This document shows, one piece after another, positions 1 through 10,312 of a stretch of DNA of 64,000 nucleotides. The notes under the pieces were generated by a model. The model saw only the letters and a program-made list of their open reading frames with translations, made no database searches and was not told where the DNA came from. Source of the DNA: Planctomycetaceae bacterium (lineage in GTDB: Bacteria > Planctomycetota > Planctomycetia > Pirellulales > Pirellulaceae). The DNA lies in the NCBI GenBank assembly GCA_043775635.1, contig JAYVSE010000111.1, forward strand, positions 11,002 to 75,001. The letters are read 5' to 3'. The position numbers were made by a program, and so were the translations under genes. Numbering within the stretch: the stretch's first letter is position 1; each line of letters begins with the position of its first letter.

Positions 1-1
1 C

Positions 2-2029
2 GACTTCGGAAACAGCGGCTGTTCTCTGGCAGTGAAACTTCGCCGTCCAATGGCCGTCGATGCGATCGAGATGATCCACATCGACATGCACAATCGCGAA
101 AGAGATTTCCACAAGCGGATACCGATGCTGATGTCGGCCGTGCATCTCCACGATATCGCTGTACCCGACAACAATTCAGATCCGCTGTTCCCCGCATGCC
201 AATGGACCTGTGGTGACGATGCTCTTGCAAAGCCGGATGAGCGGGGTCTGGTTGTTTCCCCGAAACGTTACCTGGGTAGGAGCGAAGATGAGCCGGTCAC
301 CGTATACGGTCGCGATGTGAGTTGCCACCTACCTGTCGAACTGCTCATGGCTTCCATTCTCAAGGAGGCGCACTTCGCCATTCGGTACAGCTTGCACTCA
401 GAGGTCGATCGAGGACAACCGACCATGACCCTCACCTACCCATCGACGTTTTCCCGATCGGAGATTTTGCGGCTACAACACTGCTATCTGGCGGCAGTCG
501 AGCGCCTCCTGCCCGCTCGATGTGGTTGCGCCGGTGTCGCCCGACTACCCCGCATGATAGATGAGGCATCCGCAGCTGCCTTCTACTTTCTGTACCGGGA
601 CTTCTTCTACTCGGCAGGTCGGGTGCCAGCGTTTCAATATATCTACCCGCGCGGGGCCAATGTGTTGATAATGGATTTCGGTGGAGGGACCACTGATGTT
701 GCGCTGGTTCACTGTGCCGCGACATCTTTGCCTTCCGTTGGCAGTTCTGGCACTCCCAAGGGAGTGGAGCACAAGGTCCGTATGAAGGTGCTTCGTCGCA
801 CGGGACTGCGCCACTTTGGCGGAGATATCATTACGAGCGCGGTGTTTAAGGTATTGAAAGCAGCAATTGCCGACCACCTGTCGCCAGGAGTTCTGGCTAA
901 GCGGGGAAAGGATGAGAAGTTTGCCGCCTGGTACGCCCGAGAAGCTGCCAATATCGACGTGATCGTGCCCACCATCTTTCGCCGCCTTGCCGCCGGTCCG
1001 AATCGGGATCGCCGCAGACAACTGGCGAAGGATCTGTGGGACTGGTCGGAGAGGGTCAAAAGATGGTTGGGGACACCAAATGAACCCTTTGCGGAACCTG
1101 TCGGAAGTTCAAGTTCTCCTCTGGACGTTATGCTCAGAACCGGTGGTCCGAATCAGCGCCGCAGGCGCGGCCAACTTGCCGCTCTCGGCGGAGAAGAAGC
1201 GCCCGAGGATTGGTTGACGACTCAGCTCCCCAAAAAACTGCAGGCTGAGAAGGGAGATGTGGATGACCAGATCCAGCCGCATCTGACAGACCTGATGAAT
1301 AAGGTCAACAAGCTGCTGAACGCCGAGTTTTCGGAGGCAAATTCGATCAGTGGTGAGGCTGCGGAGTTGCATCGAGCCTACGTCGTTGGACAAGCCGCGC
1401 ATTTTCTGTTGATTCGCGAAGCGATCAAGGGGAAGCTCGCCATACAACTGGTAAATCACAAGCATCGCCAGCATGAACCGGATTGGGACTCGGCTGCTGA
1501 TCTGGACGTTCGGCGGCTCATTTTTGACAAGCAGGAATCAAAGTACGCAGTGGCTAAAGGAGCTGTCTTGTTCGCGTTCGTCAAGACGGGGCTCTTTGAA
1601 GCTGAGTTTGAGGGTGATGAGAATCTGCAGGATCGCCTGCCGTTCGATGTGCTGTACGAAACCTTAGCCACCACCCGCGACATTTATCTGGCAGATGACG
1701 ATTACAATCGGATGAAGGAGCAGTGGGTTTCGATGCCCCTGCTCAGAATCAAAGAAACGGATGGGAATCGTACCATAACTCTTTTGCGACGCTGGCCGGG
1801 TGATGAGACACCAACGGGTAAGTCGGGTGATGAGACTCCCAAGGGTGATCCGTTCTTTGAGTTTTCGATTGGCCAGCCAATCGTTGGCGACCTGAAAATC
1901 CGGTATGCAGAGTTCGATTCCTATTCAGGCTTCGTCCTCAAGGATTTTGATGGGGATGGGGAAGAAATTCGCGGCAAGTGGATTGCGTCCCCGGAGACGG
2001 TTCCCCCAATGCAGCGAGGTGACCTGTGA
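2..2029 (+). CDS. Divergent Hsp70/actin-fold ATPase (nucleotide-binding domain only); 5' end runs off the window
   Basis: The frame is open from nt 2. DFGNSGCSLAV, upstream of the listed GTG at 32, matches the Hsp70 phosphate-1 motif (DLGTTNSxVAV). Other matches: IDEASAAAFYF (cf. NEPTAAALAY), LIMDFGGGTTDVALV (phosphate-2, DLGGGTFDVS), YVVGQAAHFLLIREAI (degenerate adenosine motif, LVGGSTRIPxVQ) and AVAKGAVLFA (cf. AVAxGAA). No canonical substrate-binding domain follows. Confidence 0.85.
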   Translation, partial: DFGNSGCSLAVKLRRPMAVDAIEMIHIDMHNRERDFHKRIPMLMSAVHLHDIAVPDNNSDPLFPACQWTCGDDALAKPDERGLVVSPKRYLGRSEDEPVTVYGRDVSCHLPVELLMASILKEAHFAIRYSLHSEVDRGQPTMTLTYPSTFSRSEILRLQHCYLAAVERLLPARCGCAGVARLPRMIDEASAAAFYFLYRDFFYSAGRVPAFQYIYPRGANVLIMDFGGGTTDVALVHCAATSLPSVGSSGTPKGVEHKVRMKVLRRTGLRHFGGDIITSAVFKVLKAAIADHLSPGVLAKRGKDEKFAAWYAREAANIDVIVPTIFRRLAAGPNRDRRRQLAKDLWDWSERVKRWLGTPNEPFAEPVGSSSSPLDVMLRTGGPNQRRRRGQLAALGGEEAPEDWLTTQLPKKLQAEKGDVDDQIQPHLTDLMNKVNKLLNAEFSEANSISGEAAELHRAYVVGQAAHFLLIREAIKGKLAIQLVNHKHRQHEPDWDSAADLDVRRLIFDKQESKYAVAKGAVLFAFVKTGLFEAEFEGDENLQDRLPFDVLYETLATTRDIYLADDDYNRMKEQWVSMPLLRIKETDGNRTITLLRRWPGDETPTGKSGDETPKGDPFFEFSIGQPIVGDLKIRYAEFDSYSGFVLKDFDGDGEEIRGKWIASPETVPPMQRGDL

Positions 2030-5000
2030 GCGACGCGATTCGCCACATGAATGCCATTATCGCAACATGCTTCTCGTTGGTCCGGCTGAGAGGCCAGTTG
2101 GTCCATCAGGATCCTGCTGTGATTGCGGGCATTGATCGCACCATCGAGCCCCTGTCTAACGCTGTAAGAGTAGCGGGTTGTCGGGCCATCCTTCAAAAAG
2201 ACCTAGGGGATCGAACTTTCGGTAACGGGCTGGTTAATCTGCCAGAGAATCAATTTGAAAAATTTTGTCACGAAATAAAACGTGACACGCTTAATTCATT
2301 CAGCCCGCTGAAGGACAAACATCGGGACCGTTCCGCGTCCTCTCTGAAGTCCAACGGGAGTGAGACCCAGAGATTGTTGAAGGGGATCTGGCGACGGAGA
2401 TTAGGGCTTATTCAGTCGGTAAAGCCTGACTCGATGGACGTGGAAGATCACCGCGAGCAATTGGCCAATGACGCGAAAGCACTGCAAATGGAGGCGCAGA
2501 AGGCAACGGTTCTCAAGAATTCTGTCAGCGATTGGGTCAAGAGTCTCTCAGAAATGTCGCTCGGCTCGGCCGAATGGATTTCCATCCGGGGGTGTCTGAC
2601 CGTGGATGAAGTAGATTCGCCGGTGTCCCCGCGATTCGTGTTGCACCTGGAGAATCTTAGGAACCATCTTAATGTGTTGCTCAACCGCCAGCGTGATGTT
2701 AAGCAGAATGTAAGCCGACAAGCTGCAAGAGAGAGTATTCAACCGGCGCAACAGCGACGTTTTGCGGCGGCTCAAGTGTATGTTGACGACTGCCGGAAAG
2801 ACCTTGAAGAGGTTGACCAATGCCTTTCAGCGGTAGAAGTCGAACTTCGAGATTCTCGCCGGATCGTCAATGCCATCGTGCAGCACATCGACTCCCATCT
2901 CAGTGAATTTCCGCCTGCCACCGGGTTCATTGCGAATCACGCCAGCATCGAGGAAATCAACGCGATTAGGCAAGCCGACCGCAGTTCTAATCGGAGCGAC
3001 GACAAGATCTGTGTGGACGAGAAGGTGTTGGGGCCTCGGTGCAACGAGATTGTGGCGACCGGGCTAATTGTCGAATCGTTCCTGAACCTGCGTCGCGACC
3101 AAAAAGGCATTCCGGTTTTGTCAACTGTTGATGATATTGGCACGTTCATTGCGATGCGTGACGGTTACGACGTGATCGCGAATGTCGAACCCGGAGATGT
3201 ATGGCAGTTCGTGCAGGGGAGCCGTGCCGATGATGGTGCGTACGCCCGCCGTCCATCTCCGGGTCTCGTACTCAAGCAGTCTGGCGGTCGCTTAATCCCT
3301 CTGTTCAAGCTCGAATCCGCCCTGTTTCGCGAGTCGCTGGTCCAACTGTTTCGAGAATCCAAGGCTCTCGACGATGCCTTGGCAGAGCATCTCGAGACGC
3401 GGTGCTCTGAAACACTCAGGAAATTCATGAAGGTTTTGGATGAAACCGTCCTCAGTCTGCCGGAGTTCAATGGGAAATTGCGAGTCCCGGAAACGTCCGG
3501 CCTGATCGAACAGGCGCGAGCCTTGGGGGCCGAGTTGTGGTACGTCCTCCTACAGAGAAGCGATTTATGCATTCACACCTATCGCTTCCTTGGCGCGTTG
3601 AAGAGCGCTGGCATCCGCATTGATATCAGTCCGCACGTCGAAGGCAACGCGACACTGAGGGAAGATCAGGCGAGTTCTCTGCAACTCATCCCCAATCCTG
3701 GCTGCCTGTTTCTTGAACATCAACTGGAGATCGCGTGGTATGACGTTGACGGTAATGTAAAGCGTGAACAGTGTGACTTGCTCTATGTTCCAGAGCATCA
3801 AAATGAGGTGGCGGGACGGCTGGTGCGCTCCGCCAGCAAGATTCGGAAACTTTGCCAGGCATTGTCCGGTGACGAACGCTCGAAGTTGACGCAACTCATT
3901 CAGTTTGTCGTTCAAGCGCCGCCAGAATCTGTCGCGATGCCTGGATTGAAACTTCTCAATTCCCTATTGGGCCGCGAAGGAGACGTTCCAGCGCGGTTGC
4001 GCCAGGAGATTCTGGAGGGATTGAAGGTTGATGGTGTGGAGATCACACCCTGTGATGTCCATCCGGAAAGTTTGGCCCAGCAGTGCGAGACGGGACAATT
4101 GACTAATGTTAAGTTCCAACTGATGGTGGAGGACATTCCCGCTCCGACATTGCGTCTTCGTCAGTTCGGTGCCCCACAAGTGGGCCAGGCAATTGTGGAT
4201 GTTCTCTGCCCCGCGAATGTTGTCGATTCGGTGAAGTGCGTCCTGCAAGATTTGTTCGACGTGGACGTCGATTACTTCCCGTCGCTACTGGCCATGCGCA
4301 GTCGCGCCGTCACCCGCTTCATCAACTCATCCACCGACCTCGAAGATTGGTTGAGGGGCGAACTGCGCGCATGGGTGAATGATCGCGACGAGCATGTATC
4401 CGCTGAGTTGGCTAAGCTCATCTTTGAGCGTCCCAAAGATCCGCTGCTCTCCCTTATCGTCGAGCTCGGAATAATCGACCGGGATGAGTTGGAGGTTCGC
4501 AAAGCGTGTCTGAAGGAAGTGTCCCAAGACGAACTGGAAATTCCACCGGATGCCGTCATGCATTACGTGTTTGAGGGTGTCACGAGGCGGTTTGTTGAAT
4601 TGTTGCTGCCGTCCCTGCCTGATGCATCGCAATCTTCTGATGAGAGATTCCTGGAGGATTTGAAACGGTTTTGTCGTCTGGAACGACATTTCACGCGAAT
4701 TCTTGAGGGCTCGCCATTCTCCCTTGTCCCCAGTTGGATTGACAATGAGATGGGACGCTGTGAGCCTGATTCCAACGAGTCACCAGAGGTCGCGTTTCTG
4801 CCAAACACAACTCAGGGAGAATGGTATGTCCGGCGGGTGGGGATGAAGAAGCGAGAGGGTGGGTATGTTCGCAGTCCGAGCTTCCTTATGTCGGCGGGAC
4901 AGCCATCCGATGCCTACCGGCAAGCGCAAGGATTTGTGGATGTTGTCGATAGACATTACAAGATCCCGACAGATTCGCTTCGGACGGTTCTCCAACAGTG

Positions 5001-5379
5001 GCCGCAAATGGAGATTGTCGGTGACCAACGTCTGGCAACTTGGCTGCGTTATCAACTTCTGGACGAGTTGGCGAACACTGCGAAATCAGAGGCGGTTTGG
5101 CAGATGCCGATCGACTTGCGAGAAGACTTCTTTGGTGACTACGAGTGTACGCTAGTTTCTCTCAACAGATATGTGAAGGAAAAATGGAACTACGAATTGA
5201 ACACGGAAGTGCGGCGTGAAAAGCTGGGTCCAAAATGGAAGGACTCCGTGGAACTTGCGGATGGGCGAACGGATTTTCCTGTTGGTGCAGACGCGGTTTG
5301 CATCCGGCCCATCTTGGAAAAGATTGATGGAACGTTGATTCATAAGGGCGTGGTCAAAATTATAGACAGGCAAAACTGA
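2026..5379 (+). CDS. Large (1117 aa) predicted cytoplasmic protein of unknown function, translationally coupled to the Hsp70-like gene
   Basis: The long ORF starts with GTG inside the upstream stop (GTGA overlap at 2026-2029). There is no TM segment or signal peptide, and I recognise no motif. Competing antisense ORFs are short. Confidence 0.75.
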   Translation: MSDAIRHMNAIIATCFSLVRLRGQLVHQDPAVIAGIDRTIEPLSNAVRVAGCRAILQKDLGDRTFGNGLVNLPENQFEKFCHEIKRDTLNSFSPLKDKHRDRSASSLKSNGSETQRLLKGIWRRRLGLIQSVKPDSMDVEDHREQLANDAKALQMEAQKATVLKNSVSDWVKSLSEMSLGSAEWISIRGCLTVDEVDSPVSPRFVLHLENLRNHLNVLLNRQRDVKQNVSRQAARESIQPAQQRRFAAAQVYVDDCRKDLEEVDQCLSAVEVELRDSRRIVNAIVQHIDSHLSEFPPATGFIANHASIEEINAIRQADRSSNRSDDKICVDEKVLGPRCNEIVATGLIVESFLNLRRDQKGIPVLSTVDDIGTFIAMRDGYDVIANVEPGDVWQFVQGSRADDGAYARRPSPGLVLKQSGGRLIPLFKLESALFRESLVQLFRESKALDDALAEHLETRCSETLRKFMKVLDETVLSLPEFNGKLRVPETSGLIEQARALGAELWYVLLQRSDLCIHTYRFLGALKSAGIRIDISPHVEGNATLREDQASSLQLIPNPGCLFLEHQLEIAWYDVDGNVKREQCDLLYVPEHQNEVAGRLVRSASKIRKLCQALSGDERSKLTQLIQFVVQAPPESVAMPGLKLLNSLLGREGDVPARLRQEILEGLKVDGVEITPCDVHPESLAQQCETGQLTNVKFQLMVEDIPAPTLRLRQFGAPQVGQAIVDVLCPANVVDSVKCVLQDLFDVDVDYFPSLLAMRSRAVTRFINSSTDLEDWLRGELRAWVNDRDEHVSAELAKLIFERPKDPLLSLIVELGIIDRDELEVRKACLKEVSQDELEIPPDAVMHYVFEGVTRRFVELLLPSLPDASQSSDERFLEDLKRFCRLERHFTRILEGSPFSLVPSWIDNEMGRCEPDSNESPEVAFLPNTTQGEWYVRRVGMKKREGGYVRSPSFLMSAGQPSDAYRQAQGFVDVVDRHYKIPTDSLRTVLQQWPQMEIVGDQRLATWLRYQLLDELANTAKSEAVWQMPIDLREDFFGDYECTLVSLNRYVKEKWNYELNTEVRREKLGPKWKDSVELADGRTDFPVGADAVCIRPILEKIDGTLIHKGVVKIIDRQN

Positions 5380-6212
5380 TGGGCAGGCAGAGTTCTTCTA
5401 TCTCCGAACAGTCGGTGCCGCCGCAGTGGCCAACTGCCCCTGCGTGGGTGCCAATCGCCGCATTCATCGTCGCCTTGGCCGCTGGAATCGGCGCACGTAG
5501 CGTTGTCCCAGACCTCAGTACGCAACATCTTCTGTCAGGTTCGGTGGTCGCCAGTCACGTGCTGGCCGTGACATTCCTAGTCTGGTTCTTGTCGGATGCC
5601 TGGGCCGCTCGGGCGTCCCTCCGCGCACTGGACAAGGAGTGGGTAAATCGCAGGATTGCCGCGCGGCGCATGATCACAAATCCCACCCGCATCGTGTTGG
5701 ATCTTGAAGAAATGCTGTACGCGTTTCAGGAGCGTTGTTCTTCCCGTTGGATTTGGATGTTCATCTTCTCCATATCAATCTCGCTGCTTGGTTTTCATGC
5801 CTTCGTAACTCATGTGAGAACAACAACCACTCCCGTGCAGTCTGCCCCCCTCGAACTCTTGCTGGTACCCATGGCTGAGTTCTTGCTGGTTTCCGTGATT
5901 ATTGTAGGCGGATCTGCTTGGTTACGTCGCGAACGGGCGCTGGCCGGGGAGCAGATCAAAGCGCACGTCAACGCATATTACAATACAGGCGAAGTCGCGA
6001 AATTGATAAATGTCTCCGACCACACGATTGAAGAAAATTTAATTTCGATCACCCCGCCCGAACCCACTCCTCCCGTGACTGGCGACCGGGAGGACATTTG
6101 GGGGAATTCATCTGGTGCATCAAAGAGTGCGCCCTTCGATCCATTTGGGAATGTTACTGGCGGACGACCGCCGAAGTCTTCGAAAGCTTCTCGGAGCGAT
6201 CCATCCGCATAG
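5379..6212 (+). CDS. Four-TM inner-membrane protein with a Pro/Ser-rich C-terminal tail
   Basis: TGATG stop/start overlap at 5377-5381. Hydrophobic helices: WVPIAAFIVALAAGIG, VVASHVLAVTFLVWFL, WIWMFIFSISISLLGFHAF, LLLVPMAEFLLVSVIIVGG. Confidence 0.7.
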   Translation: MGRQSSSISEQSVPPQWPTAPAWVPIAAFIVALAAGIGARSVVPDLSTQHLLSGSVVASHVLAVTFLVWFLSDAWAARASLRALDKEWVNRRIAARRMITNPTRIVLDLEEMLYAFQERCSSRWIWMFIFSISISLLGFHAFVTHVRTTTTPVQSAPLELLLVPMAEFLLVSVIIVGGSAWLRRERALAGEQIKAHVNAYYNTGEVAKLINVSDHTIEENLISITPPEPTPPVTGDREDIWGNSSGASKSAPFDPFGNVTGGRPPKSSKASRSDPSA

Positions 6213-6224
6213 AGGACGAACACG

Positions 6225-8591
6225 ATGAAGACTATGGGTGATCTTTGGGAATTGCCAGCGCTGACGATAGCAGTCGCGTGGGCGACTTGCCTCTCGTGGA
6301 TGGGGCTGTTTTTGGCTCCGTCTCCGCCCGAAACCTCGACCGACAGAATCGTCATTACTTGGGAAGAGTCTCAATCAGAAAGCCCCGCCCCGACGGGGTC
6401 GCCCCAGAATGGAGTCGATGATCCCAGTAATCCACGGTCAAGTTCCCACCCCGCACGCTACCAAATGGGCTATCTCCCGCTGAAGGTCATTCCTTCTCTC
6501 GATTCTCCCTTGTCCATCCGCTACGCGGCAAAATTCGGTGGCAACGCCAAGATTTTTCACCGCACGATTCCACCAGGAACCAGTTCGATCGAACTCCCGT
6601 TCTATCTCGGTCCTCGCGAAAGCGAACTCCAAGTCGAAACAGTCACCTGCGAACTGCTGCTCGACGAAGGCTACAATGTCGGGGAGCACACGATCCACAC
6701 TCGATCGTTCCGGGGCCGAACACCGGTTGCGTGGCTGGTGGCAAATCAAGCCGAACTTATCGAGAGCAAGACTGACGCGGTCACCTTTCTGTTGCACGCC
6801 GAAGCTCCGTTGCCCACGCAGGCATCTGTCTCCTTTCGGTTGTCGGGCACTGCTTTCGAGCAGGGCTTTTATCGTCGTACTGACGACGTGACTCAGTTCA
6901 CAATACCTGCCGGCGGGCAGGACAGTCGCGAGGTGTTGAGCATTCGTCGGGAGAAGTCGCTGTCGGGAGCTAATCGGCAGCTCATTCTCGAAACGTTGGC
7001 CAGCAACGATCTCCACATTCACAATTCTCCGCTCAAAATCGTTTGTTCCGCCGCTGCTGCACCCCAATTTTCTGCCAGCCTCTTGAAGCAGAGTATTTCG
7101 GAAGGAGCGAGCACGACGATGCAGATTCGCCTTCTTTCCGGTGTCGTTCCAGACGACGGAGTTCCATTCTCAATCGAATTTCCCGACAAACAGTTGCGGG
7201 TGACTCCGAGCACAGGAAGCTTCGGCAAAGAGAAGAGTGAAGTGTCGATCGAGGTGGAAGCCTTACCCGACAAGTTGGCCTTTGAAGGCGAATCTCGCGA
7301 GCAAATCAAAGTTAGCATCAATGAACGCGACGTCGTGCGCGAGGTGCGGGTGGTCGATGCCACTTCAGCGGTGCTGCGGTTTTCCAACGAGACGGGTAAG
7401 CTTGATGTGAAGGAGGGTGCCAAAAGCCCGGTCGTATTGACGGTCGAACTGACAGATGAAGTCATCGCTGCAAGCCCGGTCGCGATTCCATTTGTCCTGA
7501 CTGCCCCGGACGACTCCGCAAAGAGCGAAATCACGACGGTGCCTGTGGGAGTGTGGAAGGACAAGAAACTGAGTGGGACGCTCCAGATTCCGGCAGGTTC
7601 GAGCCGTGCCACGCTATCGCTGTCTTCTCCGGATGACGAGCGAATGCAAGAACCTGATCTGATGTTCCGACTTGATTTCTCCGATGAGGGAAAGCCCTGG
7701 CAATTCTTTGATGGTCGCCCCCGATCATTTGCTGTGACCGTCGTGGATGACGATCTGTTCCGGTACATCCCAATTACTCCTGTTCCCGTTGCCGAATCCG
7801 CCGAACTGACCGTCGTCAAGATTCTGCAGATCAAACCGAAACTTTCGACCGCAGAAACGCTCTCATTTACGATCGAGACAATATCGACCGCTGGCCCGGC
7901 GGACTACCGCATAGGGTTGGAAAAACAGGGCGAGGCTTATCGGTTGCCGTTGCTCGCTGGGGCTGAATTCGGCACGATCCCGATCCATGCGATTGCTGAT
8001 GGCATCTTTGAAAACACCGAAACCATCAAGTTGAAATTCCCCGACACGGTGTCTAAGGAACCGATCGTCATTGAGGTGGAGGATAAGGACCAAGCTGGCA
8101 GCGTGCTGGTTCTGGTCATTGCGAATGATGCGATCAGGGCCTCTCTCCCGGAGCAACTGAAAAAGCTGCAGGCGCTCCCGGTGGACTTGATGGCTCGGAC
8201 GGTCCATCTGGTGGACGGATCGGATACCCCATATCTGGGGGGTGGATCGATCGACCTTGCAACGCTTGATTACATCAAGTCGGCGAACGACGGCACTGCC
8301 ATCGAGAAGGCGATCGCAGCCTGGACGACTATCACTGCCGTTCGGAAACCGAAGGTAACCTGCATTGTCTGGATGTCCGACGGTGCAGGTCAGGGTACAT
8401 TCAATGCTTGGGATCCCCAAAAACGACCGGAGAACGAGATCCACCTCGTCTGGTTGGGTGGGGAATCAGAGAAAAAGAATGTTCTCAGTTGGATTACCTC
8501 TCCCTTGGAAGAAATTGACCCAACGGCAGTCCAGCGGCTGGATCGAAATAGTCCCAATGCAAGCAGCGTCATCAGTCAACTTCTTCGTTAG
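6225..8591 (+). CDS. N-terminally anchored envelope protein with several Calx-beta-like repeats and a C-terminal vWA-like domain lacking MIDAS
   Basis: 12-nt gap after the previous gene. N-terminal TM segment LTIAVAWATCLSWMGLFLA. Repeats of the type SVSFRLSGTA...FTIPAGG...SI and TAGPADYRIG...LLAGAEFGTIPIHAIADGIFENTETIKLKF resemble Calx-beta. The C-terminus has VLVLVIANDAIRAS and CIVWMSDGAG, a vWA-like beta1 and DG strand without DxSxS. Domain calls are by eye only. Confidence 0.65.
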   Translation: MKTMGDLWELPALTIAVAWATCLSWMGLFLAPSPPETSTDRIVITWEESQSESPAPTGSPQNGVDDPSNPRSSSHPARYQMGYLPLKVIPSLDSPLSIRYAAKFGGNAKIFHRTIPPGTSSIELPFYLGPRESELQVETVTCELLLDEGYNVGEHTIHTRSFRGRTPVAWLVANQAELIESKTDAVTFLLHAEAPLPTQASVSFRLSGTAFEQGFYRRTDDVTQFTIPAGGQDSREVLSIRREKSLSGANRQLILETLASNDLHIHNSPLKIVCSAAAAPQFSASLLKQSISEGASTTMQIRLLSGVVPDDGVPFSIEFPDKQLRVTPSTGSFGKEKSEVSIEVEALPDKLAFEGESREQIKVSINERDVVREVRVVDATSAVLRFSNETGKLDVKEGAKSPVVLTVELTDEVIAASPVAIPFVLTAPDDSAKSEITTVPVGVWKDKKLSGTLQIPAGSSRATLSLSSPDDERMQEPDLMFRLDFSDEGKPWQFFDGRPRSFAVTVVDDDLFRYIPITPVPVAESAELTVVKILQIKPKLSTAETLSFTIETISTAGPADYRIGLEKQGEAYRLPLLAGAEFGTIPIHAIADGIFENTETIKLKFPDTVSKEPIVIEVEDKDQAGSVLVLVIANDAIRASLPEQLKKLQALPVDLMARTVHLVDGSDTPYLGGGSIDLATLDYIKSANDGTAIEKAIAAWTTITAVRKPKVTCIVWMSDGAGQGTFNAWDPQKRPENEIHLVWLGGESEKKNVLSWITSPLEEIDPTAVQRLDRNSPNASSVISQLLR

Positions 8592-8617
8592 GAAGTTGGA
8601 GTAATGAGAGGCATGTC

Positions 8618-10312
8618 ATGACACAAAAGAATAAGCCCCAGATCGCTCATGCGTCCGGTTCCGCCCCGAATGTGGAACACATCGACAGCGATGTGTCATC
8701 TGCTGGAAGCACCTCGCAGGCGGCTTCGATCCCGTCAAGGCCCCTACCAAATCCACCGGCGCCGTTCTCCTTGGGCGATGCGTTGTGGTACACAAATCCA
8801 ATTATCGGCCTCGCTACCTTAGTCATTTGTTGCAGCATGCTTCTCGGCATTGGACCACGACGGGTCTCCTTAGGAGAAAACCAAGGTGCCAACGCTATAA
8901 TTCTGACTGCAGAGATTGGTCAGCCTGCGGACGCCACTCGGCCGGAAAACGCAACTACTGCGACACCTGAGCACGGACCAAAGTCTAGTCCGATGGCCGC
9001 TTCCATCGACAATCAGCCGACTACGGCAACTCTTCAACTGGATCAAGGCCAATTCGATGCACTCGTGACTCGTCTGCTTGATAGACCGGAAATAAAGACC
9101 CCGCTTGAAAACCTAGCGGCTGTGAATAATACCGTTAGTGAGAACACAACAGCGATAAAGAGCTTGACCGAGTTAATTACCAAACGAGACAAGTTAGACA
9201 AGTTAGCGGCTGACAAAGATATTAAACATGAAATCGAAATAGAAATTCGGGCTACTAAAGATGCGATCACTGCCGCGGAAAAGGAATACAACTCGAAGGT
9301 ATCCACAAGACAGGAAAAGCAATCCGAACTAACAAAGCTACGGGATGAATACAAAGCGATGGATACGGCCTTGGAAAAGGAACATACAAAGCTAAAAACG
9401 GAGTTTGAAAGGAAAAAACAGGACAATGCTGCGGCAGTCAGGAGTCTCGAAGTAGAACTTGCCAAAGAACTGGCAATCCGTGGGTACAAAACCCAAAACC
9501 TGGATCTCAAAGACCCGACATTCTCCAGCGCCCTTCAGTTCTTTCGTGCAGCTGCGATAGACGGGATGAAAGAGGCCAGCAATTCTTCGAATGAGAAGCA
9601 CCTCGCTCAATTGCGAGAGCTTCAGTTAGCGGTCGCAGACTTCAAGCCCTCCAAAAACAACTCGGTGGCGATCGTCATTCCCCATCTCCAGCATAAACTT
9701 TGCGAAAAACGAATTATCCCTGCCCTCCAGCAAATGGAACAGGAGTTCAGCACGTGGGAGGCCAAAATCCCCGGCTTGGAAATCCGTTGCTATCTCGTTT
9801 CTCCGAAGTCGCCATTCCTCTTTCGCGAACCGCTTGCATCCCGCTCTTCAGTGAAAAGTCCTTTGCTGACATTCACTCCCGACGGAAATCTGGTTCCCGA
9901 TAGCGTCGAATGGGATAAGGTGACCGCAGATCGAATCCTGCTACTAGCGGAATGCCCGGAAACAGGTTTGCTGTACGAGGGTAAAAAGACATTCCCACTT
10001 CCTGACAATCAGTCTCGACCAATTGAAATCGTATTACTCCCAAATCTGACGCCAAATCAATTATGGAAGAAGGACAAGCAGGGAACTCCAACCGCCGAAG
10101 AGTTAAAGATCTGGTACGAACGTTCGATATCTTCAAATCTGACGAGCTTGACCATCGTCTGCGCGAAATCCGATCCTGCGCCGGCAGGAACAGAACCCGT
10201 CAACTTCGAGTCTCGACTTCAGTGGTCGATCCGGCGCGCAATTTTGCCGGAAGGCATGGAATTCTCACCGCCCCGAGTTCACGCATCCCGAGGTCAGAAT
10301 GAATCGAAGTAA
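8618..10312 (+). CDS. Single-pass membrane protein with a long coiled coil and an alpha/beta C-terminal domain
   Basis: GAGAGG lies upstream of the ATG. TM segment IIGLATLVICCSMLLGIG. A Lys/Glu-rich heptad-like stretch (KLDKLAADKDIKHEIEIEIRATKDAITAAEKEYNSK...) is followed by alternating hydrophobic strands (VAIVIP, IRCYLV, ILLLAE, IEIVLLP, LTIVCAK). Confidence 0.7.
   Translation: MTQKNKPQIAHASGSAPNVEHIDSDVSSAGSTSQAASIPSRPLPNPPAPFSLGDALWYTNPIIGLATLVICCSMLLGIGPRRVSLGENQGANAIILTAEIGQPADATRPENATTATPEHGPKSSPMAASIDNQPTTATLQLDQGQFDALVTRLLDRPEIKTPLENLAAVNNTVSENTTAIKSLTELITKRDKLDKLAADKDIKHEIEIEIRATKDAITAAEKEYNSKVSTRQEKQSELTKLRDEYKAMDTALEKEHTKLKTEFERKKQDNAAAVRSLEVELAKELAIRGYKTQNLDLKDPTFSSALQFFRAAAIDGMKEASNSSNEKHLAQLRELQLAVADFKPSKNNSVAIVIPHLQHKLCEKRIIPALQQMEQEFSTWEAKIPGLEIRCYLVSPKSPFLFREPLASRSSVKSPLLTFTPDGNLVPDSVEWDKVTADRILLLAECPETGLLYEGKKTFPLPDNQSRPIEIVLLPNLTPNQLWKKDKQGTPTAEELKIWYERSISSNLTSLTIVCAKSDPAPAGTEPVNFESRLQWSIRRAILPEGMEFSPPRVHASRGQNESK

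Noticed and set aside
2-2029. Calling the first gene dnaK/hscA/hscC
   Set aside because: Only the nucleotide-binding-domain motifs are present. The adenosine motif is degenerate, there is a large insertion, there is no substrate-binding domain, and no dnaJ/grpE context. It is therefore annotated only as Hsp70-like.
7019-7834. 271-aa Ser/Thr-rich ORF on the minus strand
   Set aside because: It lies inside the Calx-beta-like repeat gene. Its low-complexity composition mirrors the Glu/Asp/Val-rich sense strand.
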